Shown: positions 53,964 to 64,000, numbered from the stretch's first letter. The stretch is 64,000 nucleotides of DNA from Minisyncoccota bacterium (GCA_023137185.1 JAGLPS010000019.1:309-64308), one strand, 5' to 3'. Made by a program: numbers and translations. The notes: generated from the sequence alone by a model not told the origin.

Positions 53964-55152
53964 AACCAAGAATAAGAAAATCAAAAAGAAAAAAGAAAAG
54001 GCGCGACATATCGAACGACCTGCTGAAGTGGCTTTTTATTTTGGATTTACAGAAATTTCATCACCCTCCATAGAAAAAAAGGACAAAGATTCAATAAAAT
54101 GGGGGAAAAGGGGGGAATTAAACAGCGAAAAAAAGGAGGATATATACAAAGCAGAAGAGAAAGCTCGTATACTTCGTTTATATTTTGAGGATATGAAGGC
54201 GTTTCCGCAACATTACTTTCTTTTTTATCGTAAACCGCTGTCAGGAGGTTCATTGAAAAAAAGAACAAGCAATTATGAGTGCGGTCTTGATATAATCGGG
54301 TCATCAAAAGCGGTCGCTGAAGCCCTTGTGATTCAAGCCGCTCTGTCAATTCTTTCAGAGGAAGGATTTGTAGATCTTGAAATTATAATAAATAGTATCG
54401 GGGACAAAGGGTCTTTTACGGCGTTTGAGCGTGAACTTATCGCATATTATCGGCAGAACATAGAAAAATTTCCAACGTTATGTCGTCAGACATTTAAAAA
54501 AGATATATTTGAAATATTGCGGACAGAAGATGAAAAGTGCCGAGAGGCGGTTGCTGACGCGCCTCAGTCACTGAATCTGTTATCAGATTCTGCCCGTCTT
54601 CATTTTAAAGAGGTTCTTGAATTCTTGGAAAGTATGGGTGTGCCATATACAATAGATAATCATCTTATCGGAAATCCTTTTGTTACCTCACATACAATTT
54701 TTGAAATACAAGGAACCACAAAAAGCGGTAAAAAAATGCTCCTCGCTTCAGGATATCGTTATAATGACTTCTCCAAAAAAGTGGGGATTAAAAAAGAAAT
54801 CCCCGCAGTCGGAATAAGTCTTTCATGGAAACGAAGCGGAAAACCTGCTCCAAGACGTCTTCCCAAACCTATTTTTTATCTTGTACAACTTGGAACATTT
54901 GCAAAATTTAGAAGTCTGCCAATTATTGAATCTCTCCGAAAAGCAAAAGTTCCAATTTTCCACGCGTTGACAAAAGATAAATACGGAGGACAATCTGGAA
55001 CAGCTGAGAATATGAGAGTTCCGTTTCTTCTTATCTTTGGACAAAAGGAAGCAATCGAGAATACAATCGCCGTTCGTGATGTCAAGACGCGATTCCAAGA
55101 GACAACTTCTCTTGCAAAACTTCCTTCATATTTGAAAAAACTTTCGTCTTGA
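53956..55152 (+). CDS. Histidyl-tRNA synthetase-like class II aaRS (HisS/HisZ family) with divergent motifs 2 and 3
   Basis: EADAEVIAL-like ALVIQAALSILSEEGFVDLEIIINSIG; motif-3-like LLASGYRYNDF...PAVGISLSW; anticodon-binding-like VPFLLIFGQKEAIENTIAVRDVKT. The conserved Arg residues of motifs 2 and 3 are substituted. Confidence 0.5.
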   Translation: MNKTKNKKIKKKKEKARHIERPAEVAFYFGFTEISSPSIEKKDKDSIKWGKRGELNSEKKEDIYKAEEKARILRLYFEDMKAFPQHYFLFYRKPLSGGSLKKRTSNYECGLDIIGSSKAVAEALVIQAALSILSEEGFVDLEIIINSIGDKGSFTAFERELIAYYRQNIEKFPTLCRQTFKKDIFEILRTEDEKCREAVADAPQSLNLLSDSARLHFKEVLEFLESMGVPYTIDNHLIGNPFVTSHTIFEIQGTTKSGKKMLLASGYRYNDFSKKVGIKKEIPAVGISLSWKRSGKPAPRRLPKPIFYLVQLGTFAKFRSLPIIESLRKAKVPIFHALTKDKYGGQSGTAENMRVPFLLIFGQKEAIENTIAVRDVKTRFQETTSLAKLPSYLKKLSS

Positions 55153-55185
55153 AGCCTCCAAACATTTGTGGTAGCATAGGGTGCT

Positions 55186-55443
55186 ATGATAGGAAATATA
55201 AAAGTTGAACGCGGAGGAAGTGAAAACAATTTAAGTATTTTACGTCGTTTTACAAAACGGATGCAAGGTTCTGGAATTCTTCGTCGCGTTCGCGGACGAC
55301 GCTACCACAGTCGAGCGCTATCTCAAAGCGTGCAAAAAAAACAGGCGCTCAAAAAGCTCGGGAAGAGAGAAAAGTACGAAGAGTTGGTTAAATTAGGAAA
55401 AATTATCCCGCGAGTAACAGGAAGGAGACCTCGCAAAAAATAA
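55186..55443 (+). CDS. rpsU: 30S ribosomal protein S21
   Basis: IKVERGGSENNLSILRRFTKRMQGSGILRRVRGRRYHS parallels [37 protein letters not shown]. Confidence 0.6.
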   Translation: MIGNIKVERGGSENNLSILRRFTKRMQGSGILRRVRGRRYHSRALSQSVQKKQALKKLGKREKYEELVKLGKIIPRVTGRRPRKK

Positions 55444-55832
55444 TGGAAAAGGAGAGCTTCTATATAACAAACCACACAAAAGGCAAGCTCAAAAGCTTGC
55501 CTTTTTCGAAGATTAAAGGACACTGCGTCGGCCAAAACTTTGAAGTTAGCCTCGTTTTTATAGGAGAAAAGAAGGCGCGTTTCCTCAACTATAGATATCG
55601 TAAAAAAAAGTACGTCCCTAATGTTTTAAGTTTTCCGCTCGGAAATAACAGCGGAGAAATTTTTATTTGTCCAAAACAAGCGGCTCGCGACGCAAAAAAA
55701 TTTGGTATGAATTCGGAAAAATTCCTCCCATTTCTTTTTATCCACGCCCTTTTTCATTTGAAAGGACTCTCACACGGTAGTACAATGGAGAAGAAGGAAG
55801 CGAGTGTGAGAAAAAAGTTTCGCATTGCGTAA
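55443..55832 (+). CDS. ybeY: Endoribonuclease YbeY
   Basis: C-terminal H..FHLKGLSH metal-binding motif (HxxxHxxGxxH); about 129 aa. Confidence 0.7.
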   Translation: MEKESFYITNHTKGKLKSLPFSKIKGHCVGQNFEVSLVFIGEKKARFLNYRYRKKKYVPNVLSFPLGNNSGEIFICPKQAARDAKKFGMNSEKFLPFLFIHALFHLKGLSHGSTMEKKEASVRKKFRIA

Positions 55833-55910
55833 CAAACACACAAAAAAAATTCTTCTTTCTCTTATCCCTTTCATCTGGAAAGGAATGGATTTGTCTTTAA
55901 TCAAAAATAA

Positions 55911-57086
55911 ATGGCACGGCACATTATTACAGGTATAGATATCGGCACACACCAAGTGAAGGTGGTTATTGCCGAGGGAATACGCAAAAATGGCGGATAT
56001 GCGCCACGTATTATAGGAAAAGGTTTGGCCGAATCAAAAGGGCTTCGTCATGGCTATATCATCAATCCAGGAGATACAATTCGAAGTGTTAGGCAGGCAA
56101 TAAATGAAGCCGAAAAAGTAGCTCGTGTTGGAGTACGAAGGGCATTTGTTTCTATAGGAGGTATAGGTTTGGGAAGTATTATTTCTCAGGGAAGCACGAT
56201 TATTTCCCGCGCTGACTCCCTTGTGACAGAATTGGACATATCAAAAACTCTTGAAACAAGCGAAACTCAAATTCCCCAGTCACTTTCTCTCAATAAAGAA
56301 ATAATTTATACCATTCCTGTCCAGTACAAAATTGACGGAAAACCAATTCTTGGACGTCCTGTTGGAATGAAGGGAAGTAAGTTTGAGGTTAGAGCGCTTT
56401 TTGTAAACTGTCTTAAACCCCATCTGGATGATTTGATTGCCGCAATTGAAGAAACGGGGGTAGAAGTAATTGACGTAATGGCTGCTCCAATAGCCGCAAG
56501 TGTTGTAACGCTCAATAAAACACAGAAAATCGCAGGTTGTGTTCTCGCTAATATCGGAGCAGAAACCCTTTCTATTGTCGTATTTGAAAACAGTATTCCT
56601 ATTTCTCTTGAGGTTTTTCCTATTGGCTCAACCGATATCACAAACGACATTGCTCTTGGGCTTCGTATTTCCATAGAAGAAGCGGAACAAATCAAATTGG
56701 GAGCAATAACGAGCACTAATTATTCAAAGAAAGAGCTTGACGACATTGTCAGCGCGAGACTGTCGGATATGTTTGACCTTATTGAAGCGCATCTTAAAAA
56801 AATCGGACGAAATGGACTTCTGCCCGCGGGAATTATTATTACAGGAGGAGGTTCGGGAATCGGAACAATAGAGGATTTTGCAAAAGCGGCGCTTAAACTT
56901 CCTTCGCGAAAAGCGGTATTTCAAGCAAAAGCGGGGTTCGCCGAAAACCTTGACACAACGTGGTCAGTTGCGTATGGTTTGTGCGTTTTAGGACTTTCTG
57001 CTGAAAATGAGGATGGTTTTGGGAAAAAATTGGTAAGAACGACAGGTAAGAACATCGCATCTTGGGTAAAACGATTCCTTCCATAA
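55911..57086 (+). CDS. ftsA: Cell division protein FtsA
   Basis: Actin-fold ITGIDIGTHQVKVV ... IIITGGGSGIGTIEDFA. Confidence 0.85.
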   Translation: MARHIITGIDIGTHQVKVVIAEGIRKNGGYAPRIIGKGLAESKGLRHGYIINPGDTIRSVRQAINEAEKVARVGVRRAFVSIGGIGLGSIISQGSTIISRADSLVTELDISKTLETSETQIPQSLSLNKEIIYTIPVQYKIDGKPILGRPVGMKGSKFEVRALFVNCLKPHLDDLIAAIEETGVEVIDVMAAPIAASVVTLNKTQKIAGCVLANIGAETLSIVVFENSIPISLEVFPIGSTDITNDIALGLRISIEEAEQIKLGAITSTNYSKKELDDIVSARLSDMFDLIEAHLKKIGRNGLLPAGIIITGGGSGIGTIEDFAKAALKLPSRKAVFQAKAGFAENLDTTWSVAYGLCVLGLSAENEDGFGKKLVRTTGKNIASWVKRFLP

Positions 57087-57194
57087 CCTCAAAAAGATAG
57101 TTTTTTGAACACAAAACTTGAAAAAATCAAGTATTTTTTATTTAACTTTCTGCTATGATGGAGAGCACATAAAAGTTCACAGTAAAAAACGCTT

Positions 57195-58355
57195 ATGCCA
57201 CAAGTTAAACCTGAAGTAGAAACATTTGCCCGCATTAAAGTGCTAGGTATCGGTGGTTCCGGCAAAAACGCCGTCAACCATATGGTCAATTCCCGTGTCA
57301 AAGGAGTTGATTTTATTGCCGTCAATACAGACGCGCAAGATCTCCATCATTCTCTTGCTAAAAAGAAAATTCATATTGGAAAAAATCTCACTCGTGGTTT
57401 GGGAACTGGAATGAATCCCGACCTCGGACGAAAAGCCGTTGAAGAAACACGCGAAGAAATCCAAGAGTCCATAAAAGGCGCCGATATGATTTTTATTGCT
57501 GGCGGTCTTGGCGGCGGAACATGCTCCGGTGCCGCGTCCCCTATTGCCCAGATTGCAAAAGAACTTGGAGCGCTTACAGTAGCTGTTGTTACAAAACCAT
57601 TCTTTTTTGAAGGACAACAGAGAATGCGAATTGCGGAACAATCTTTGGAAGTTCTCCGTAAAGCGGTAGATGCGATTATTATCATTCCAAACGATCGACT
57701 TCTTAACGCTATTACAAAAGAAACAAGTGCCCGAAATGCCTTCGCGCTTTGCGATGAAGTTCTAAAACAGGCCGTTGAGGGAATCTCCGACCTTATTACT
57801 ACTCCGGGAATGATTAACGTTGATTTTGCCGATGTACGTTCCGTTATGGAAAGCGCGGGTTCCGCTCTTATGGGAATCGGTTCTGCAAGCGGAGAAAACA
57901 GAGCTGTTGAAGCCGCAAAAATGGCAATCAATTCTCCTCTGCTCGAGCTTTCTATTGCCGGAGCAAAAGGTGTATTATTCTCAATTGCCGGAGGGGACGA
58001 CCTTTCAATGTTTGAAATTCAAGAAGCCGCTAAAGTTATTACCGAATCCGTTGATTCTGAGGCAAAAATTATTTTTGGTACTGTCCATGATGAAAAATTA
58101 AAGAAGAACGAGATTAAAGTTACTGTTGTCGCTTCCGGTTTCCCAGATGTTCCAGGGAAACGCTCAAGTCTTTTTACAAGTGGAAGTCAGGAAGGAAAAG
58201 ATGAAAAAGGCAAAATTTACAATTCTGTGCCTGCTGTAACTCCCGAGAAAAATGATAAGAAAAAAGACGAAAAGGAAAGCGCTGTAATTGAAGATACTGA
58301 CGATGATGACTGGAGTGCAGTTCCGGCATTTTTACGGCGCTCAAAACTTAAGTAG
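57195..58355 (+). CDS. ftsZ: Cell division protein FtsZ
   Basis: GIGGSGKNAVN, GGGTCSGAASPIAQIAKE (T4 loop GGGTGSG-like), acidic C-terminal tail. Confidence 0.9.
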   Translation: MPQVKPEVETFARIKVLGIGGSGKNAVNHMVNSRVKGVDFIAVNTDAQDLHHSLAKKKIHIGKNLTRGLGTGMNPDLGRKAVEETREEIQESIKGADMIFIAGGLGGGTCSGAASPIAQIAKELGALTVAVVTKPFFFEGQQRMRIAEQSLEVLRKAVDAIIIIPNDRLLNAITKETSARNAFALCDEVLKQAVEGISDLITTPGMINVDFADVRSVMESAGSALMGIGSASGENRAVEAAKMAINSPLLELSIAGAKGVLFSIAGGDDLSMFEIQEAAKVITESVDSEAKIIFGTVHDEKLKKNEIKVTVVASGFPDVPGKRSSLFTSGSQEGKDEKGKIYNSVPAVTPEKNDKKKDEKESAVIEDTDDDDWSAVPAFLRRSKLK

Positions 58356-58499
58356 CTGTTAGGCAGAAGAATTTTTCTAAAAGCTATCTTCTTAAAAGCT
58401 ATGCGATAGCTATGAGTTTATTAGTCGGCAGAAATTGTTATAATAACAAAGATTTATCTTTATTTATTCCTAAAAGCTAACAACTAATCGCTAAAAGCT

Positions 58500-59435
58500 A
58501 TGCAGTATGATTTGGCAATTATCGGCGGCGGGCCTGCGGGAGTTGCCGCTGGAGTTTACGCAGCCAGAAAGCGCCTTAAAACGATTCTTATTACTAAAGA
58601 ATTTGGGGGACAAAGCGTTGTGTCAGCAGATATTCAAAACTGGATAGGCACAGTATCGGTATCAGGCGAAGAACTTGCGAATATGCTTGAAAAGCACATC
58701 AGAACATACGCCTCTGATGTTGTTGATATTCGCGCGGGAGAATTGGTAGAAAAAATCAGCAAAAAACCCGCGTCTCATCAAGAACAGGATGATAGTTTTG
58801 TAATCAAGACTGCTCACGGTGAAGAAAAAGCCAAAACAGTTCTTGTAACAACAGGAAGCGAAAGACGAAAACTTTCCGTTTCCAGAGCGGATACATTTGA
58901 AAATAAGGGACTCACCTATTGCGCCTCCTGCGATGGACCAATGTTTTCAGGCAAAGACACGATTGTAATAGGCGGCGGAAATGCGGGATTTGAAACGGCA
59001 GCTCAACTTCTCGCATACGCTAAAAGTGTTACATTACTTGAATCCGAAAACGAGTTTGGGGCAGACCCGATAACCGTTGAAAAAGTCCTTTCAAACCCGC
59101 ATATGAAGGCTGTCAACGGAACGCGAATACTTGAAATAAAGGGCGATACATTCGTGAAAAGCGTTGTGTATGAAAAAGGTGGAAAGAAGGAGGAATTGCC
59201 GGCAGAAGGCGTATTTGTTGAAATAGGGCTTGCCCCAACGACATCTTTTGTTAAAGACCTTATTGAGTTGAACAAGTACAGACAGATTATTATTGACCCC
59301 CGTACCCAGAAGACTTCCGTAAAGGGTTTATGGGCCGCGGGAGACTGCACTGACACGCTTTATCATCAAAATAACATCGCCGCTGGTGACGCGGTACGAG
59401 CGCTTGAAGATATATACATTTATCTAAAGGCGTAG
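58500..59435 (+). CDS. trxB: Thioredoxin-disulfide reductase
   Basis: FAD motif DLAIIGGGPAGVAAGVYAAR; redox CASCDG; NADPH motif VIGGGNAGFETA. Confidence 0.85.
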   Translation: MQYDLAIIGGGPAGVAAGVYAARKRLKTILITKEFGGQSVVSADIQNWIGTVSVSGEELANMLEKHIRTYASDVVDIRAGELVEKISKKPASHQEQDDSFVIKTAHGEEKAKTVLVTTGSERRKLSVSRADTFENKGLTYCASCDGPMFSGKDTIVIGGGNAGFETAAQLLAYAKSVTLLESENEFGADPITVEKVLSNPHMKAVNGTRILEIKGDTFVKSVVYEKGGKKEELPAEGVFVEIGLAPTTSFVKDLIELNKYRQIIIDPRTQKTSVKGLWAAGDCTDTLYHQNNIAAGDAVRALEDIYIYLKA

Positions 59436-59493
59436 TATAATATTTTTAGACAAACATTCATAAAAGTACTCTACGGGAAAGGAGGTTTGGGAT

Positions 59494-59844
59494 ATGAGGA
59501 GGAAAGTAAAGGTCTTTGTCTTTTTAATGATTAACGAAAGCGCGAGGGAAAGATACGAAAAAATCCAGGATGAGAGAGAAATGCCAGATTTCACTATCAC
59601 TGACCATATTCCTCTTGTCGGAGAACTTATTACTCGTCGCGGAAATTTATGCTTTTTTCCGCGGGAAGGACGCTGGATACAGCCTGATAAGAGAAACGGG
59701 GAGCTTCTTATTACGTCAAAGGTGTATAAGGTTACCCGTAACACAAGTTCCCCCTCTCGCATTCCCATTTCCGTCTACGCATTTATAAAAGATGTGGAAA
59801 AAAAGGTAAAAGAAAAAACCTTAAGGAATATACCCACTCTCTAA
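59494..59844 (+). CDS. Hypothetical protein
   Basis: ORF track with a strong RBS AAAGGAGG upstream. Confidence 0.4.
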   Translation: MRRKVKVFVFLMINESARERYEKIQDEREMPDFTITDHIPLVGELITRRGNLCFFPREGRWIQPDKRNGELLITSKVYKVTRNTSSPSRIPISVYAFIKDVEKKVKEKTLRNIPTL

Positions 59845-59904
59845 GGGGTGGGTATATTTTTTTGTAATTTCTATACTTAGACAGACAAGAAAGGAAGGTG
59901 CGAT

Positions 59905-60192
59905 ATGACACAGTTTTACGTTCTTTTGTATGGAGGCAAAGGAGTGTATCAGAAACCGTTTTTTTTGGCAGACTCCGATTACATTTTTTTCAATCCGCAA
60001 ATAGGAGATTTTGTTGAATGTCCAGAAGAAATTCTCTCTTCAGAAAAACTAAGGAGAAAATTTGGACTTAAGCCAACAGAAAGTTACGTGTTTAGAATTA
60101 CCCACGTCGAAAACTCCCTAATCGAAAGTACCGTCTTTCTGTCACCTGTACGAGTAAGCTCTTTGCCAACATTAGTAGAGGTATGTTCTTAA
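59905..60192 (+). CDS. Hypothetical protein
   Basis: ORF track with an RBS GAAAGGAAGG, followed by a terminator. Confidence 0.4.
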   Translation: MTQFYVLLYGGKGVYQKPFFLADSDYIFFNPQIGDFVECPEEILSSEKLRRKFGLKPTESYVFRITHVENSLIESTVFLSPVRVSSLPTLVEVCS

Positions 60193-60203
60193 TTTTTAGC
60201 TCA

Positions 60204-60234
60204 AACTCCCGTGTAAAAACGGGAGTTTTTCTTT
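60204..60234 (+). terminator. Rho-independent terminator (AAACTCCCGT-GTAAAA-ACGGGAGTTT followed by TTCTTT)
   Basis: Hairpin plus T-run. Confidence 0.6.
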
Positions 60235-60379
60235 AGCGTCTCACTTGGAAACTTCGCTTCCAAGTGAGGCTTACAAAGGCTTCGTCTTTGTAAGCCTTTG
60301 TAAGAGGCTATTTGGAGTTGAGCCTTCAAGTCGCATCCAAACATCAAAAAGTTTCGATTCATTGAAACTTTTTAAAAGT

Positions 60380-60607
60380 TTACTCTATTCCGATTTCCGT
60401 TTTCACTTTCCGCATATCGTCCCTCAATCCGTCAAACTGATTGGTGAAATTCGTTTCAAAATAGTCTTTGAGGTCTCTCAAATCCTCTTTTGTGGCCATT
60501 GTCTTTCTGATTTCTGAAAATTCATTCTGCGCCGCCGTAACGACATTTTCAATTTGCGTAACCAGACCTTTAACTTCGTTGTGAATTTCATTAAGTTTGT
60601 TTTCCAT
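60380..60607 (-). CDS. Small coiled-coil protein, paralog of 31704..31961; flanked by palindromic elements at 60241..60268 and 60771..60793
   Basis: The C-terminal MRKVKTEIGIE matches MRQVKTKLGIA of the paralog. Confidence 0.45.
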   Translation of the reverse strand: MENKLNEIHNEVKGLVTQIENVVTAAQNEFSEIRKTMATKEDLRDLKDYFETNFTNQFDGLRDDMRKVKTEIGIE

Positions 60608-60815
60608 TGGGTTAATAATAACTTGCCTGATAATATCGTCAAGGAAATGTCCAGTCTATAACATCTGACACTCCCGCTCTGGGTAATGTACTGACAAAGA
60701 AAAACACCAATGAGGGCATCTTGTGTTGTGCCACAGAAGCCAAACGAGGAGGGTATCTGTGTCTGACACTTTTTGGACACTGGATGTCCAAATGGTGTTC
60801 AATAATTAGTGCGAG

Positions 60816-63494
60816 TTAAAAACTTGTAAAAGCGTTCCGCAAGCGAGTACGCCTTAAGAGCACATCTGAAATAAGATAGGACGCAAGAAGCGCAAGGGCA
60901 AGAAAATACGTGTCCTGAATATTTTTTCGGTTGAAAGCAGAAAAGACAGCAGCTTTCTGGTCAGGTAGTTTCGGCGCCGTAATAGAATCCTTAAACGCAA
61001 ACACCTTGTGAAGAAGGGGTGAAAATGGCGCATAAAACGGCATTTCGGCAGGCATTGGAGTAATATTTCCGCTATCTTTCGGAATTTCAGTCGCGACAAT
61101 CGCGCGTTTGATGACAGCCGGAAGCGCTGTTGTGGCAACTTCCTCCTCTACAAACTCTTCTGTCGCAGTAACTACGGGAGTCGGAGGAACTTCAATAATA
61201 GTATTTGAACTCGTCGCGATATTTGAATCGGCAATATATCCATAAAACGGCACTAGCGACGGATGGCGACCGGTAGCTTTCACCTGCGCGTAGTTTGTAT
61301 ATACGCCACCCGGAGTATCGGCGCTAAATATAGACGTATAAGTAACTTCAATCTCTTCATTTGGATAAATATCGTCAAGCTCCCATTGCTGCTCGTTTAG
61401 CACCTCTCCATACTCATTCTTGAGTGTATCTATAAGCACAGCATGGTGAGCAATTCCTCCTTCGTTTTTAATGACAATTCTATAGTTAACGGTTGTCGTG
61501 CCAGCAGTCGGGAAAAATACATCATTTGTTTTTGTAACAACAATTTCAGGGTCGGGGGTAAATGTGAGATTTTGGACGCCAGTTCGTCCGGGAATAAAAC
61601 TTGTCGCGAGTATTGTAAGTAAATCCCTGTTATCAATAAGGTCAGCGTCAGTTTCTGTCAATACAACATTGGTCGTTGCCACTATGTTTGTATCTTGGTA
61701 AGGAATTTCGGGGCTAATTTTTGCGTCATAGGTAACTTCTACCATTCCACCAGCTGGAATATTGCCGATATCCCAACCAGTGATTCCTTTTTCAGGGTCA
61801 ATATAGTTATACCCTTCTTCAAAAGAAATAAATTGCGGCTTATCAAATTTTGTTAACAGACGCACACCAGAAGCGTCGGCGTCACCATGGTTTATAATCG
61901 TGAAGCGATAACGAACTTCTTCGCTCTGCCCGAAGAAATTCTTTTCAGGCACTTCTACCTGTGTTCCAACCCACAAGTCGGGCATACCAAACGACACATT
62001 CCCCGCCCAGTCTCCAAAAATATTCACAATCGCCAATATCCAGTTTTGACCCATAATGTTCGTATTGGCGACATTCACGACATTCGCGCTCGCGTAAGCA
62101 TTTCCAGTATAGATATCACCTTCCCCAAGCAGATTGTCTCCGGTAAGAGCTTGAACTTGCACATCGTTATGTATGGAGGCCGTGTTTGTAGCATCCACTG
62201 TAAGTTTTGAAAGGTTGCTTGCCGCGCCCGATGTTAATTCCGCGTCAGGAGCTCCGTAGAGCTCTACCCCGGAATCTGTTTCTCTCCAATACACTCCCGG
62301 AGGCGCGTTAAATACGTCCCCAAGCCAGTTTCCATGAATACGAATAAGTATCCGAAGATTGCTTCCTCCAAAAAAGTTTGAGTTTATTTGGTTTACAACA
62401 TTTGTCCCCGCGTAGGCATCTCCTGTCTGTATATTTCCCCCGTTAACAGCCGTATTCTCTCCTGTTGAAGCCGCTGTGGTCACGCTAGTGGTAATTTCAG
62501 CCGTATTATCCGTGGAAACATCAACTCCAGAATTCGCCGTTCGCCCACCGCCAAAAAAGAAACCAGTGAAAAAATCATCATTAGGAAGCACCAAATCTCC
62601 GCCCAAACCGCCAAAATTATTGAGGGTAAATAAAAGATAATTTGAATCAATAATATTGGTATTAGCGACATTCACGACGTTCGCGCTCGCGTATGAGTCT
62701 CCCGTGGCAATAATTCCCGCGCTATCAACATTTCCTCCCGTGTTTGAACGAACCAAAACCGTATTGGAAATATCGGCAGTGCTTGTTGATGAAATCGTCT
62801 CGGATGAAGGGGCGATTTGAGCTGAACACCCGTCTCCGGAAGAGCACAAAGAGGGAGGTGAGGTAGAAGCATTTTGAAAATCGCGCAAGTCAATGTGTCC
62901 GTCAAAACCGAAAAATTGGTTTAGCAAATAAAAGAAGCCGAATGAATTAAAGATATTCGTGTTTACCACGTTAAGAACATTTGCTCCCGCGTATGAGTCC
63001 CCCGTCACAATCACTCCGGCGTCCCCGATAATTTCATTTCCTCCAGTATTTGCTTCCGTATCAACCTCATTGATAACCTCTGCCTCATTTTCAATTTCAA
63101 CGTCAATTGACAGGGGAGTGCTTGTTGCTTGTGTTAGTGTCGCCTCTGCCTCGCCTGTTTCCTCAACTACAACTTCCTCCTCGGTAGTTGCCTGCTCTTC
63201 TTCGGGAACCGGCGGATTTTCTTCGGATTCCTCCGAAGCCTCTTCTTCGTCTTGAGTACTTTCGTTTTGGGTACTGTCGTCTCCCTCAATTTCCGCTTCA
63301 TTAGTATTCACCTCATTTTCAATGTCAGTCGTCGCAACCGCGTCCCCTGTCTCAATTACCGGGTAATCGTCTGCTTCCGTAGTGCCAACGTCCTCCGCGG
63401 AAAGGATAAAAGGATAAAAGACAAGCGCAAAAACCGCGCACAACGCGAGCGCTTTGTTTAATAGGTTATTTTGTTGTAAACCAAGAAAATACAT
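60816..63494 (-). CDS. Large cell-surface protein. It has a signal peptide, an acidic region, four tandem ~35-aa repeats (TG.N...G.I.TGDAYA.ANVVNVANTNI), a DUF11-like beta domain and a C-terminal TM anchor.
   Basis: ORF track; repeats visible in the translation; hydrophobic C-terminus YFLALALLASYLISDVLL. Confidence 0.6.
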   Translation of the reverse strand: MYFLGLQQNNLLNKALALCAVFALVFYPFILSAEDVGTTEADDYPVIETGDAVATTDIENEVNTNEAEIEGDDSTQNESTQDEEEASEESEENPPVPEEEQATTEEEVVVEETGEAEATLTQATSTPLSIDVEIENEAEVINEVDTEANTGGNEIIGDAGVIVTGDSYAGANVLNVVNTNIFNSFGFFYLLNQFFGFDGHIDLRDFQNASTSPPSLCSSGDGCSAQIAPSSETISSTSTADISNTVLVRSNTGGNVDSAGIIATGDSYASANVVNVANTNIIDSNYLLFTLNNFGGLGGDLVLPNDDFFTGFFFGGGRTANSGVDVSTDNTAEITTSVTTAASTGENTAVNGGNIQTGDAYAGTNVVNQINSNFFGGSNLRILIRIHGNWLGDVFNAPPGVYWRETDSGVELYGAPDAELTSGAASNLSKLTVDATNTASIHNDVQVQALTGDNLLGEGDIYTGNAYASANVVNVANTNIMGQNWILAIVNIFGDWAGNVSFGMPDLWVGTQVEVPEKNFFGQSEEVRYRFTIINHGDADASGVRLLTKFDKPQFISFEEGYNYIDPEKGITGWDIGNIPAGGMVEVTYDAKISPEIPYQDTNIVATTNVVLTETDADLIDNRDLLTILATSFIPGRTGVQNLTFTPDPEIVVTKTNDVFFPTAGTTTVNYRIVIKNEGGIAHHAVLIDTLKNEYGEVLNEQQWELDDIYPNEEIEVTYTSIFSADTPGGVYTNYAQVKATGRHPSLVPFYGYIADSNIATSSNTIIEVPPTPVVTATEEFVEEEVATTALPAVIKRAIVATEIPKDSGNITPMPAEMPFYAPFSPLLHKVFAFKDSITAPKLPDQKAAVFSAFNRKNIQDTYFLALALLASYLISDVLLRRTRLRNAFTSF

Positions 63495-64000
63495 TTTTTA
63501 GAAAATTTGAAACCTTTTTGAATAATGAAAATTGTTTTGCTGGCGGAACCTTTTCTGTTTTCCCGTCATTTCCTGCGAGTTTTTCCGTTGCGCCCGAGCT
63601 GTTTTTTTGGGTTGACATACCAGTCTCTTCGTTCTGTATCTTCTCGGTAATCGCGATCCGTTCAGAGATATGTTCTTCCGCGTTTTCTTTCTCAGAAACT
63701 TTCCCTCCTCCAAATATGTTTTCAAATAGTCTGGAAAGAAACGCTTTCGCGGGTACTTCAGAAGCGGAAGTCGTCGCATTTGCTTTAACCGATATGTTCG
63801 TCTTTACCGACGCGTTGCCGCCTTCGTATGTATGCGATTCATTTATTTCAACCGACTCCGTCCCTTCAACGGTTTTATGAACTTCCTGAACCGTTACCCC
63901 ATTGACCGTCGTTTTTACGTCAACGCTTGCTTTTGCAGACGATTCAGCCACTTGCCCATCGCCTGCGGTATTTCCTCCGCTATTAGCGCTTGAAGAAACT
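63466..64000 (-). CDS. Ser/Thr/Asn-rich hypothetical secreted or surface protein, 5'-truncated by the window edge (overlaps the downstream gene by 29 nt)
   Basis: The open frame continues upstream of the GTG codon at 63951 to the window end without a stop. Confidence 0.4.
   Translation of the reverse strand, partial: VSSSANSGGNTAGDGQVAESSAKASVDVKTTVNGVTVQEVHKTVEGTESVEINESHTYEGGNASVKTNISVKANATTSASEVPAKAFLSRLFENIFGGGKVSEKENAEEHISERIAITEKIQNEETGMSTQKNSSGATEKLAGNDGKTEKVPPAKQFSLFKKVSNFLKNVFSWFTTK

Overview
This 64-kb window is a gene-dense, AT-rich bacterial chromosome segment. The content is mostly housekeeping: dnaX, dus, serS, dprA, topA, a Rel-family (p)ppGpp enzyme, parB, miaA, two Clp ATPases, iscS-like, infB-rbfA, gyrA, an rpsA-like gene, pth, lepB, rpsU, ybeY, ftsA-ftsZ and trxB. 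The small genes, minimal biosynthesis and many small membrane or secreted proteins suggest a reduced-genome organism such as a Patescibacteria/CPR-like bacterium; that placement is inference only.

I found at least nine tRNA genes by manual cloverleaf folding: Gln-UUG, Leu-CAA, Gly-CCC, Trp-CCA, Tyr-GUA, Cys-GCA, Leu-UAA, Lys-CUU and Leu-UAG.

The most unusual signal is a family of small non-coding elements, about 160 to 320 bp each. They sit exactly after the discriminator base of four tRNA genes (Leu-CAA, Tyr, Cys, Leu-UAG). Each is followed by a duplicated copy of the tRNA 3' end, and three lie in tandem at tRNA-Tyr. A related copy sits right after the stop codon of topA, followed by a duplicate of the last ~66 bp of topA. 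The elements share a conserved 3' motif (GGTGTACAG, short stem, GTA loop) and CUGC-loop hairpins. This looks like a site-specific miniature integrative-element or structured-RNA family, and no integrase is present in the window.

Other notable content:
- a tandem array of six VirB2/TrbC-like pilin paralogs with a membrane-anchored solute-binding-like protein;
- a dispersed palindromic repeat family with cores TTGGAAGC…GCTTCCAA and TTTTGGACAC…GTGTCCAAAA;
- a membrane-anchored Clp-like ATPase with a degenerate first ATPase domain (NBD1), in a serS/FtsQ-like operon;
- a catalytically dead HtrA-like protease;
- an orphan DAHP synthase;
- two paralogous small coiled-coil proteins flanked by the palindromes;
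- iteron-like and 99-bp tandem repeats next to a GIY-YIG gene and tRNA-Gln.

A large secreted beta-helix/lipase-like gene runs off the 5' edge of the window and is missed by the ORF track. A surface-protein gene runs off the 3' edge.
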